DNA of 64,000 nucleotides. It comes from an uncultured Armatimonadetes bacterium (GTDB lineage: Bacteria; Armatimonadota; UBA5829; DTJY01). This document shows positions 56,101 through 61,758 of this stretch, piece after piece (positions within the stretch are counted from its first letter, which is position 1; each line of letters begins with the position of its first letter). Position numbers and translations under genes: made by a program. The stretch is from positions 896,001 to 960,000 of the forward strand of contig OY970325.1 of assembly GCA_963717145.1 (NCBI GenBank), given 5' to 3'. A model generated the notes under the pieces. It made no database searches and had not been told where the DNA came from. It worked only from the letters and a program-made list of their open reading frames with translations.

Positions 56101-59100
56101 GGGCTTGCGCCGTCGGCCTCGTACAATGGGAGTCTCACTTCCGTGCTGCCCGCCTCTACGCCGGGCACATACTATGCCATCGTCCGCACGGATATCCGCA
56201 ACAACGTCCGGGAGTCGGACGTAACGAACAACACGGGCGTCTCGGCAAGCGCTATGACGGTCGATGTCCAGGAACTGACCCTCGGCGTGCCTGCAACGGG
56301 CCAACTCAGCACCGGCACGGAGCGCTACTATAAGGTGAACGCCGACGGCCAGTCTGACTTGCTTATCCATCTGGACACGGCTGATGACACGGCGGTGACT
56401 GCTCTGCTTGCGAGATACGATATACCGCCTACCAGCGGTCTGTATGACGTGGCTACACAGGATATCTTTGCCGCCGATCACGATCTGATTATACCTGTGG
56501 CCCAATCTGGAGTCTGGTACTTGCTCGTTCGCGGGGTCGTGCTGCCACTCGGAGTGACCGACTACACCATCGTGGCGACACGGATTTCCCTAGGCATCAC
56601 AAGCATTGCTCCAAATCGTGGCGGCAACGCTGGCAGGGTTACTGTTAGACTCACTGGCAACCATCTCGAAGATGGAATGCAGGCCAGTCTCCGTGGGGCG
56701 AATGGTTCCGTTGTGAACGCTCTGTCTGTGCTGGTTACACACGCAAATCGCGCCTATGCCACATTTGACCTGGCGGGAGTCACACCAGGTGACTATCATC
56801 TTGTAATGTTGCAGGGCGATATAGAGTGTATTGCAGATGATGTCTTTCAAGTTCAGGATGGTGGTGCACCGGAGTTCTTCATACAGGCTGATTCCGCCAT
56901 CCAGGTCAGATCTGGCAGGCCGATAATCGCGCAGCTCCGATATGGCAACTTCGGCAGCGTGGACGTGTCAGTGCCGTTACTTACAGTCAGTGCCACGGAG
57001 AACACATTGCTGTCGCTCAGTCCAGCACGGCGCGGGCAGAGCCATTTGACCTTGCTCGGACTCTCAACGGATGGGCCAGCATCTGTTCTGCGGCCAGGGC
57101 AAACTTGTACACTTTGGCTGTACGCCACGCCGTCCATATCGAGCGGGTTAGTCCGGTTCACCGCAACTGCGGCATCGCGGGAACAACTGGTTAGCGTCCC
57201 CATTGATTGGCAGGTGCTTCAGAGCACCATGCCCCAAGTGATGACTGACGATCCCGCATGGATGGACATTTGGGGAGCATTCAAGGAGGAAATGGGTAAC
57301 CAATGGGATACCGTGCTGGCAAGCGCTCTTGCCGAAGCGGATACCTGCAGCGGAACCGAGGATGTTCTGGCGCTCATGGACATCCGTGATTTCTGGACTT
57401 CGCTGCTGCTCCGTATTGCTGGAGATGTAGGCGTAGTAGGTTCCGACAGCTTTGGCGCATCAGTCAAAGGCCGTGAGGATATGCTCTTCAATTCGACTTC
57501 CGGAGATGAGAGCGACCAATTACTGATGACCGTGCAGACGCCTGAGAATGGTACCGCGTACAATCAGTTTGAACGCGTGGCACAACAAACGCAGCTCTAC
57601 TACTGGGAGCCGGGCATGCCCAAAGCCGTTGCGGTTCTGGACCTGGGGCCTCAGATCGGCCTGCCCGGATCTGCCTGGCAGCCCATGGTGATTCTGCCCC
57701 AGGACAAACTGAACAAGCTCAGAGATCCATCAACAACTGTGGTGAAAGTTGGTCACGGGTGGAACGATGGTTTCGACCCGAACAATCTCAGCAGTTGGCA
57801 GAATAGCTTCGTGCGCGACAGTGTAGTACAAGGGGATGCTTATCTGATCAAAGATGCCAACAAGGCGTATGACCCGCTCCCGGGTAGCAATAGGGATGTG
57901 AGATTCGCGGGGGTAGCTACGCGATTCGTCGGCGAGCATATCGCTACCGTCATCAACCAACTTGGCATTGATCCCCAGCGCCTAGTCGGGGTCGACCACA
58001 GCTACAGTTGTCCCGAAGATGCAGTGACAGCAAAGAAGCTTTATGAGTTGACTGGTCACGCCGTGAAGGCGCAGTTACTCCTCGACCCGGCCAAGATGTT
58101 GGCAACATGGAATTCCTCAAGCCATGAGTCACCACTTCATGATGGCACCCAAACGGATTATGTGGAGCGAACACTCGTACTCGTGTCGTCAATGTACGGG
58201 GCTAGTCCATTCGAGGCAATGGGGGTTCCTCGGTTTTGGATGTCCCATCCCTATGATCTGAACAAGATTGATGCATACTTCATAGACCCCAGGTATTTCC
58301 CCCTTGATCCAAAGGCACATCATGACGCACTAGACTTCGCTCACGACCTAGGGGTCAAAGGCCTCCTCGAAGGTTTCCTGACGCGGGATATATCTTCATC
58401 AATGGAAAACATGTATGTGCTTTGGGATGGAACCATCATGAACAGCAGTGAGTATGCGTATTATCAGGATCCGGAAAAGGATTGGTGGCTGTCTGATCAG
58501 CCCCAGTGGCTCCTGAGTTCAGAAAACTATTGGGAGATGGCCTATCTTGAAGATGCTCTCGGCGAAGCCGGTTCAGGCAGCGGCATCCCCGGTTTCGACT
58601 ACGTTGCGTGGGTAGCCTCTGTTCTGGGTTCGCGTGATCCTAACGATAAGGTTGGGCCGGCCGGCTTTGGCCTACGCAGCTTTGTGGCCATGACACAACC
58701 GATCCCGTACACCATCAACTTCGAGAATGTCTCAATGGCCAGCGCCCCGGCGCACACGATCCGCGTCACCGACCAACTTGACCCGAACCTGGACATGCGC
58801 ACATTCCGGCTCGGGGAGATCGTATTCGGCGATCACACCATCACTGTGCCGGCGAACAGGAGCTATTACCAGACCAGAATTGACTTGGGGACGGAGCACA
58901 GCGGCATCATGGCTGACATCAGCGCCGGGCTGGACGTGGCCAATAACCGCGTGTTCTGGACGCTCAATGCTATCGATCCGAAGACCGGCGAATCGCCCGA
59001 GAATCCGCTGCTCGGCCTGCTTCCTCCGAACGACGAGAACCACATCGGCGAGGGGCACGTGACGTACACAATCAAGCCGAAGAATGCCCTCGCCACAGGT

Positions 59101-60375
59101 ACGGGCGTATCGAACAAGGCAACGATCATCTTCGATAACAACGAGCCGATAGACACCAACACCGTCACCAACACGATTGACGGAGCGGCTCCGACGAGCG
59201 CTGTCAGCTCCTTGCCGAGCATGACCCTCGATAAGACGTTCGCCGTTTCTTGGACCGGGCAGGACGACCAGGCCGGCTCCGGTCTCAAGGACTTCGACGT
59301 CTACGTGCGTGACGACGAGGGCGCATGGACTCAGTGGCAGGCTGGGGTGACTTACACTATCGCCGCCTTCACCGGTCAGGCCGGTCACACATATGCGTTC
59401 TACAGCACTGCGTGGGACAACGCGGGCAACGTCGAAACCGCTCCGGAGGAACCGGACGCCGTCATAACGGTGATCGGCGCGCCGTCGGATCCCAATCCGT
59501 CCGACGGTGCGATTAGCATTCCCGTCAGCGCATCTCTATCCTGGACGCCGGGGCATGGAGCCGCCAGTCACGACCTGTACTTCTGGCAGGATGGCTTGCC
59601 GAAGCCCGCTGTGCCAACCGCCGCGGACCTGCTCTCGAATACGTTAACACCGCCGAGCACGCTGCAGTACGGCACCAGGTACTGGTGGCAGGTGATCGCA
59701 AAGAGCCCCCAGGGTAGTATTCCTGGCTCTGACTGGTCGTTCACGACCGTACAGACTACGAATCCGTCGGACACTAAGAAGGGCGGGAATGGCGACCAGG
59801 TCGACGTACATGGGGCTATCGTCACCGCCGTATTCGGCGACCACATCTATGTGGAATCCATCGACCGCTCCAGTGGCATCCGAGTGGCTTGGACTGGATC
59901 CGTGAACGTGGGTGACCGCGTGGATATCTCCGGTACGCTCGGCACGACCTTGGAGTTCGAGCGATACATTCAGGCGACGAGCGTCGCAAACATATGCTAC
60001 GGCGTCATTGAGTCGGTCATGATGACCAATAGGGCGCTCGGCGGTGAGGATTTCGAGTACGATGCGGTGGCCGGTACTGGTCAGCGTGGCGTCGAGGACG
60101 GCAATGGGCCAAACAATATCGGCCTTCTAGTCACCACGACGGGACGGGTTACGGCTGTCGGGAAGGACTTCTTCTACATCGATGACGGGACGCACGCGCG
60201 AGATGCCTCGATCTTCAATGGTGTGCGCGTCCGATCCGGCAGCCTGTCCAGACCGACTTCCGGGCAGTACGTCAAGCTCACGGGAATCAGCTCAATCATG
60301 AAGGTCAATGGACGGCTGTTCCGCAGCATCCGGCCGAGAACTCAGACAGACATCGAAGTGATAGTCGAGCCGTGA
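41104..60375 (+). CDS. Giant (6423 aa) secreted modular surface protein: split beta-helix, Ig/PKD, Big_5, Gly-rich repeats, FN3-like, CARDB array, lipase-like domain, DPNDK domain, C-terminal OB-like pair
   Basis: 19.3-kb uninterrupted ORF; signal peptide; TIQAAI..LTGFTI..GGGVYC; PTVTST.PANGATG..FSEAMD; W.TDEPATSQVEYG; repeated PDLQV..W.V.N.G..W.D.VYLS.D; SRDPNDKVGP..YTINFEN. Confidence 0.9.
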   Translation: MARRLLCIATVLVLATFAPVSLPAATIYVDDGATGAGNGSSWEDALTTIQAAINTASAADTVVVAAGLYTENINFNGKAITLTSTDPLDPATVAATIIDGNQSGSVVTFDSDETSTSALTGFTIRNGSGTLVNETRYGGGVYCAVGCTPTIRHNSITGNSADIGGAIYTRGNSAPTITSGPTAAYPYVGVGKTVGLSVTASDPNGDHLVYTWTSGDSGTITGTGNAVLFSAATAGVHSIDVTVDDPHGGMVTGTLSVTVIGIRIQTPLPQLVAGQPSTLTAITTPSVPNSPEYPVAISWSIIEGPAAGSFGTPAAAETTFVPSTSGPGRMQVEYRVGTATTAQVLPIALDPIVLCVEPAFGTLGTTVEAAISGPNLGRITGVSFTGTGVTAMIQDGQTEDLLPVRITITQNADPGSRSIVLTTPEAQFNIPAAFGIRTPPPITADPASLNLVVGNTGTITFSIPDPAPTGGTNLVLSSSAPIVASVPASAMIPAGQTSVDITVTGIGYGTTTITGNATGYYKAQVPVVVINPPMIAFSPSPFSVAAGLVGKCTISVSNPAPAGGLPVNLSADATEVEIPAVLTIAEGKANAILSVKGIVQGSTTITATASGYPDASLQVTVTPGQLNLFPSYLPIALGCSSSLQLTLPDFAPPGGLTVNLASSAVSHVVVPATVTIQEGERSTFVPVNGVGVGGADITAGLTSFEGAQATVNVLEAYNISFIPSSLFVTPGASSATQVTASSPAPQGGLLVALISQSPDKVSVPESAFIPEGQFMAVIEVNGLETTTSPVQVTASCPGLTEGRLDVTVHPIYQPWIKTDVVVGAGCRTTGAVGLTGATAPAGGYTINLTSNDPTIATVPATVTIPAGSSWTSFTIVGKSAGSTDIMASVAGFSATSAVTVAKPTFEWISVPTQMTLGAGTNAQVYTCVPNGTYYGDYYGTPYKWGNTRQNIDQAVAVSLSSENPAVVQVPAAATIPAGGYSTGNLAMQAVGTGTSTLTASADGWDSKTTGTITVVGPWIKTDVVVGAGCRTTGAVGLTGATAPAGGYTINLTSNDPTIATVPATVTIPAGSSWTSFTIVGKSAGSTDIMASVAGFSATSAVTVAKPTFEWISVPTQMTLGAGTNAQVYTCVPNGTYYGDYYGTPYKWGNTRQNIDQAVAVSLSSENPAVVQVPAAATIPAGGYSTGNLAMQAVGTGTSTLTASADGWDSKTTGTITVVGPWIKTDVVVGAGCRTTGAVGLTGATAPAGGYTINLTSNDPTIATVPATVTIPAGSSWTSFTIVGKSAGSTDIMASVAGFSATSAVTVAKPTFEWISVPTQMTLGAGTNAQVYTCVPNGTYYGDYYGTPYKWGNTRQNIDQAVAVSLSSENPAVVQVPAAATIPAGGYSTGNLAMQAVGTGTSTLTASADGWDSKTTGTITVVGPWIKTDVVVGAGCRTTGAVGLTGATAPAGGYTINLTSNDPTIATVPATVTIPAGSSWTSFTIVGKSAGSTDIMASVAGFSATSAVTVAKPTFEWISVPTQMTLGAGTNAQVYTCVPNGTYYGDYYGTPYKWGNTRQNIDQAVAVSLSSENPAVVQVPAAATIPAGGYSTGNLAMQAVGTGTSTLTASADGWDSKTTGTITVVGPWIKTDVVVGAGCRTTGAVGLTGATAPAGGYTINLTSNDPTIATVPATVTIPAGSSWTSFTIVGKSAGSTDIMASVAGFSATSAVTVAKPTFEWISVPTQMTLGAGTNAQVYTCVPNGTYYGDYYGTPYKWGNTRQNIDQAVAVSLSSENPAVVQVPAAATIPASGYSTGNLAMQAVGTGTSTLTASADGWDSKTTGTIAVVGGSGNNGGSRLADLTAWDSAQGRAHLRQRSSMMEQRNASSPQTLSGVGTPFLALSLMSVIGATGVGSVGEGGSTPQPVIEYNIISGNTAGFGGGIACCNSSPIIRDNILVGNSATGEFGGGAIAVLADSGPRLRGNTVCSNNATSGNGGGIYAETAGLSVKNSILWQNEDDLWNCAPTYSCVTDLSADPGTGNISVDPAFTQTTDPGTPGYYRLVSGSPCVNAGDPAYVPDTGETDVDGGLRVVGGRVDMGADETPDATVPDTQITSGPAEGSTACAGPVSVTWTGRDDVTPAGLLEYSWRVDSGDWSVWSTATSEALTLADGQHTFEVKARDSSGNEDASPASRTFTLDTVAPTVTSTAPANGATGLPVSLVITATFSEAMDPATISTDTFLLTDSAADPVAGTVGHDAESKTATFTPAAALTYDTSYRATLTTGIMDVAGNALVSAYTWAFTTGAPGRIVLVNDEWVLADAGFSEPNDPCAFALNAAGWFTGGSPGTFLVYSNDQGLIGSSLASCMRNAGHTWTVSTSATLDLPTLHTYDAVFLGGVLADNTVLTDYVNSGGNVYLLGGSGGSGSWGPSQEAAAWNPFLADFGLRLADDGWNSISGSIPIASSHPIFAGVDHLYQGVGQTIFDISPSDPHSRVLIAVPEGEGGLYAVFDGRLDAAPPTVTSTTPANGATGAPVDGTVAVAFDEAMDHSTINAVTFLLKDSGDNPVSGTVTYEDASKTATFTPATPLGYRTTYSATITAGVKDFYGNAMATDYTWSFSTARERVVFTTNTLIGCTNSSYDGKDIVVDGCTLTVNCSHAFNSLQVINGGVVTHSVYTAGQEYKLDLTIAQDVTVDTGGSISANGKGYGQETGPGKGGSNFFNGAGGGYGGAGGDSNLAAGGAAYGSVTEPTDLGSGGGRETYFSSAGGAGGGAIRLMVNGTLTVNGSLTANGTVGGTAYPDRASGGGSGGSVYLTVGVLAGSGAISASGGNSGGVSAGGGGGGRIAVYYEDKTGYAGTITAVGGSGYVRGGAGTIYVKGSDQSLGDLLVDNGGNTGANTPVAGSAAFDKVDVANQARLVVSSSVLLSAGTLVVRDSGQISVSDNGDVDFPQTFISSGGVFNLNKTEILGNVHIMSGGVLTHQAGMVGFDLTVTGDLVIDTGGSISANGKGYGQETGPGKGGSNFFNGAGGGYGGAGGDSNLAAGGAAYGSVTEPTDLGSGGGRETYFSSAGGAGGGAIRLMVNGTLTVNGSLTANGTVGGTAYPDRASGGGSGGSVYLTVGVLAGSGAISASGGNSGGVSAGGGGGGRIAVYYEDKTGYAGTITAVGGSGYVRGGAGTIYVKGSDQSLGDLLVDNGGNTGANTPVAGSAAFDKVDVANQARLVVSSSVLLSAGTLVVRDSGQISVSDNGDVDFPQTFISSGGVFNLNKTEILGNVHIMSGGVLTHQAGMVGFDLTVTGDLVIDTGGSISANGKGYGQETGPGKGGSNFFNGAGGGYGGAGGDSNLAAGGAAYGSVTEPTDLGSGGGRETYFSSAGGAGGGAIRLMVNGTLTVNGSLTANGTVGGTAYPDRASGGGSGGSVYLTVGVLAGSGAISASGGNSGGVSAGGGGGGRIAVYYEDKTGYAGSVTVLGGSGYQSGQPGSVFLYKSGALRLLSHVPQGCMGEPVDRVDVQFNKDVDGTTFGVGEVSLTAPNGSPIPLVSVPQSAGGNVWRISFNPQTTEGEYHVSIGPHLADLVGHQMDQDADAFEGESPDDVYQGAFRVDLVPPAISNLSAAAALQQCLITWSTNEPATSQVDYGPDDGYGASTPVATELATSHGVTVSGLSPNTDYYYRVKSVDACGRQAELAGGAFTTVADTTPPNTQIASGPTEGTMACASPISVTWTGTDDVTPTGLLEYSWRIDAGDWSAWSTVASEALTLTDGQHTFEVKARDTSGNEDSTPSVRHFSLDTQAPALSQFATAPAAASMTIIWTTDEPATSQVEYGTSVSYGTLTPLQSQLVTSHSVTMTGLTPATTYHYRIRSKDSCGHEAFSAEDLTFDTTADTTSPDTSIASGPSENGTACALPVAVAWTGTDDTTPVGQLQYSYSLDGAGWSDWSSAISQSFGALTDGSHTFRVNGRDLYGNEDATPAVRHFSVDTTPPTISGVLATPAAGQCAVKWTTDEPATSQVEYGETDRYGSVTSLDVRLLTSHSVMVTGLSSETLYHYRAKSKDNCGHERVSDDGTFLTTPAPDLQVTSVIVPIEAWTGSAFDVTWSVVNNGPGPAEGTWADKVYLSTDAQVGNDILLGEFSYGAGLATGQTVTRTQTVTIGRQGVTDGDYYIIVCTDANGGVFEGTHEDNNCLADETVIGVHVTPWPDLQVDLVEAPTNAQSGQIIGVSWRICNNGTGATDAPSWYERVYLSPDTDKSHAIKDYGQFVNGSYLAPGECYTETRDLTLPAGISGTYYFIVDSDCSRQVAETVESNNVGHSTPIDVTYVQPGFLHVESVIVSPAPPITVWAGEQVTVTWKVTNTGGSPIAGKWDDVVALSPTPNWDGTHGYWGVIHHIYFTGPLAVAASYTHTASFTVPQNIAAGTWYVVPIVDTHYFAGGDGSIGGGNVPRDQNNASIEVALPPPADLEVSAVDAPTAGTAGQPITITWMTANNGANRTSAPSWSDAVYLSTDTTLDKSSDRLIGTFGHSGALDTGGSYSQTQSPTIPSDVPGACYLFVCADSGNIVYEGPWEDNNCGYDQTPVQVQVVPPPPPPDLQVTMLSVPSTGTAGQPASISWTVQNAGVTDTGVASWSDAVYLSTDDTLSTSADTLLGTYSHTGALASEASYTQNQIVTLPHCVSGPYYIFVLTDRGSQVSEGTGEGNNSRRSDTSMDVAGGQYADLMPTWTVVPATANAGEPMAIAWNVSNAGTGTAPASWTDAVYLSADPLLDTKNDIRLGAFAHSSDLASGVSYAMSPSPTVPIGLTGSFYLIVMTDTDNAVRECAGEGDNTVVSTSAVQIGIATYPDLQVTAVNAPDTAICGQNMTVEWTVRNEGNAATPSGVWSDAVHLSKDQVLDTTDPKIVAFPRLNSLVAGETYTKSAQVQIPGGASGPYYVFVVTDSTNRVFEHTAENNNAGHDPTAMIVTMPPPADLVVEGVTVPATGSPGESAAISWVVTNNGTNAATGQWTDSVYLSADTAWDINDQLVGRMDHTGGLAPSASYNGSLTSVLPASTPGTYYAIVRTDIRNNVRESDVTNNTGVSASAMTVDVQELTLGVPATGQLSTGTERYYKVNADGQSDLLIHLDTADDTAVTALLARYDIPPTSGLYDVATQDIFAADHDLIIPVAQSGVWYLLVRGVVLPLGVTDYTIVATRISLGITSIAPNRGGNAGRVTVRLTGNHLEDGMQASLRGANGSVVNALSVLVTHANRAYATFDLAGVTPGDYHLVMLQGDIECIADDVFQVQDGGAPEFFIQADSAIQVRSGRPIIAQLRYGNFGSVDVSVPLLTVSATENTLLSLSPARRGQSHLTLLGLSTDGPASVLRPGQTCTLWLYATPSISSGLVRFTATAASREQLVSVPIDWQVLQSTMPQVMTDDPAWMDIWGAFKEEMGNQWDTVLASALAEADTCSGTEDVLALMDIRDFWTSLLLRIAGDVGVVGSDSFGASVKGREDMLFNSTSGDESDQLLMTVQTPENGTAYNQFERVAQQTQLYYWEPGMPKAVAVLDLGPQIGLPGSAWQPMVILPQDKLNKLRDPSTTVVKVGHGWNDGFDPNNLSSWQNSFVRDSVVQGDAYLIKDANKAYDPLPGSNRDVRFAGVATRFVGEHIATVINQLGIDPQRLVGVDHSYSCPEDAVTAKKLYELTGHAVKAQLLLDPAKMLATWNSSSHESPLHDGTQTDYVERTLVLVSSMYGASPFEAMGVPRFWMSHPYDLNKIDAYFIDPRYFPLDPKAHHDALDFAHDLGVKGLLEGFLTRDISSSMENMYVLWDGTIMNSSEYAYYQDPEKDWWLSDQPQWLLSSENYWEMAYLEDALGEAGSGSGIPGFDYVAWVASVLGSRDPNDKVGPAGFGLRSFVAMTQPIPYTINFENVSMASAPAHTIRVTDQLDPNLDMRTFRLGEIVFGDHTITVPANRSYYQTRIDLGTEHSGIMADISAGLDVANNRVFWTLNAIDPKTGESPENPLLGLLPPNDENHIGEGHVTYTIKPKNALATGTGVSNKATIIFDNNEPIDTNTVTNTIDGAAPTSAVSSLPSMTLDKTFAVSWTGQDDQAGSGLKDFDVYVRDDEGAWTQWQAGVTYTIAAFTGQAGHTYAFYSTAWDNAGNVETAPEEPDAVITVIGAPSDPNPSDGAISIPVSASLSWTPGHGAASHDLYFWQDGLPKPAVPTAADLLSNTLTPPSTLQYGTRYWWQVIAKSPQGSIPGSDWSFTTVQTTNPSDTKKGGNGDQVDVHGAIVTAVFGDHIYVESIDRSSGIRVAWTGSVNVGDRVDISGTLGTTLEFERYIQATSVANICYGVIESVMMTNRALGGEDFEYDAVAGTGQRGVEDGNGPNNIGLLVTTTGRVTAVGKDFFYIDDGTHARDASIFNGVRVRSGSLSRPTSGQYVKLTGISSIMKVNGRLFRSIRPRTQTDIEVIVEP
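43543..46571 (+). repeat. Five tandem 609-bp (203-aa) essentially identical repeats
   Basis: Units start at 43543, 44152, 44761, 45370 and 45979; the only internal difference I noticed is G>A near 46471. Confidence 0.95.
49117..51425 (+). repeat. About 2.5 tandem 912-bp (304-aa) Gly-rich repeats that appear identical
   Basis: Units start at 49117, 50029 and 50941 (GACACAGGCGGCTCGATATCG). Confidence 0.95.
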
Positions 60376-60454
60376 GTTACATGATTGACATTTGGCCCTC
60401 TCAAACGTCTACATAGTAGGGTCAGCCGCGCGGAACACGGCACAGGGGGGAAAG

Positions 60455-61105
60455 ATGTTGTCGAGAACAGTGATAGCAGCGGCGCTTGTCGCGTCGTGCC
60501 TGACGTTGCTGCTCGTCTCCGGGGCTTCGGCAGGTTGGCAGTGCAACTTCGAATCCGGGCTCGGGCAGAACGCCGTGCCGATTGCGGCTCGGATACCTGG
60601 ACTGTCGTTTAGCACGCTGCTGGGCGATGATGTCTACTTCGCCGATATCAACTCGGCTTGGTACAGCGTAACTTCAGACAACGGCAAGGTGTACGAGGAA
60701 GGGAACTACTTTGTCTCCGGTGACGTGGCAGCCTATCTGATGGACACGGCGGATTCAGCCAGGATATCGTTCCCTTATGGCACTGCAAGCTACTTCACAG
60801 TGGGATACTCAAGTGAGTTCCCGTTCGTCCTGGAGGCTTACGATACCTCCGGCAGCCAACTCGCATCTGCGACCGGGCCGGCGAACACGAGGAATGCGGG
60901 GGGCACGGGGCTACTCTACCTCACCGTCAGCCGTCCCGATATCTCCTATGTCCTCCTGCACGACCAGGGCGGCTACTGGATGATAGACAACATATCCACG
61001 GATGCCGCAATCCCCGAGCCATCATCGGTCCTGACACTTGTCTTCGGTCTCGCCGGCATCAGTGGGTCCGTGTGCAGACAAAAGCACAAGTCTCGAAACC
61101 AGTAG
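60455..61105 (+). CDS. PEP-CTERM sorting-domain protein
   Basis: Signal peptide MLSRTVIAAALVAS...; C-terminal IPEPSS, TM segment and basic tail RQKHK. Confidence 0.9.
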   Translation: MLSRTVIAAALVASCLTLLLVSGASAGWQCNFESGLGQNAVPIAARIPGLSFSTLLGDDVYFADINSAWYSVTSDNGKVYEEGNYFVSGDVAAYLMDTADSARISFPYGTASYFTVGYSSEFPFVLEAYDTSGSQLASATGPANTRNAGGTGLLYLTVSRPDISYVLLHDQGGYWMIDNISTDAAIPEPSSVLTLVFGLAGISGSVCRQKHKSRNQ

Positions 61106-61536
61106 CGTCCCGCAGACAGGAGCTGTCAGGGATTCCTCCATGCGTGACTCGGCGGTATTAGAGACACGCATGGACCTGATCGTATTCCCCCTCCTCCGAT
61201 TCAGTCCCCGTTCCGGCGAAGCCTGCGGATGGCAACTGTGAGACCCCTGTAAGGCTCCCAACAGCCACATTGCAGGCACGGCTTCATGCCATCCAGCCCG
61301 GTAGGTACTTGTCTTCATCTGAGCATTGCGACAAGGCCGTTTCCTCTATCGCAATCGCCATGGCGTGCCAGCTATGAGGAGGTCGCATGCGGACTGAGAA
61401 TCTTGTATGCAGATAGAAACGGCGGGCGAGAAGGAATCTTGACGCAGACTCAAGATCGTGCTATCCTGTCCCTAGTACAGACTGGCCGCCCACAAGGGGG
61501 TGAAGAGCCATTCCAGCGGAGGGGTGACAAGCAAAA

Positions 61537-61758
61537 ATGTCCATGACCATATCTGAGGCGGCGGAAGCCAAGGGGATCAGCCGGAACGCGGTCTGGCTGG
61601 CGATCAACCGGGACTTGCTCACGACGCGCAAGACCTCTGGGGGGTTGTGGCTGATCGAACAGGACGGGAAATGGGAGGCCTATCGCCCTAGACCCTATCC
61701 CAGGAGCGGCCGGGGCAGCAGTGCTAACATTGATGGCCAAGGGGGTGAACAGCCGTGA
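61537..61758 (+). CDS. Excisionase-like HTH protein (candidate directionality factor or regulator)
   Basis: GGAGG RBS; MTISEAAEAKGISRNAVWLAI..L...K..G.WLI; GTGA overlap with the recombinase. Confidence 0.75.
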   Translation: MSMTISEAAEAKGISRNAVWLAINRDLLTTRKTSGGLWLIEQDGKWEAYRPRPYPRSGRGSSANIDGQGGEQP

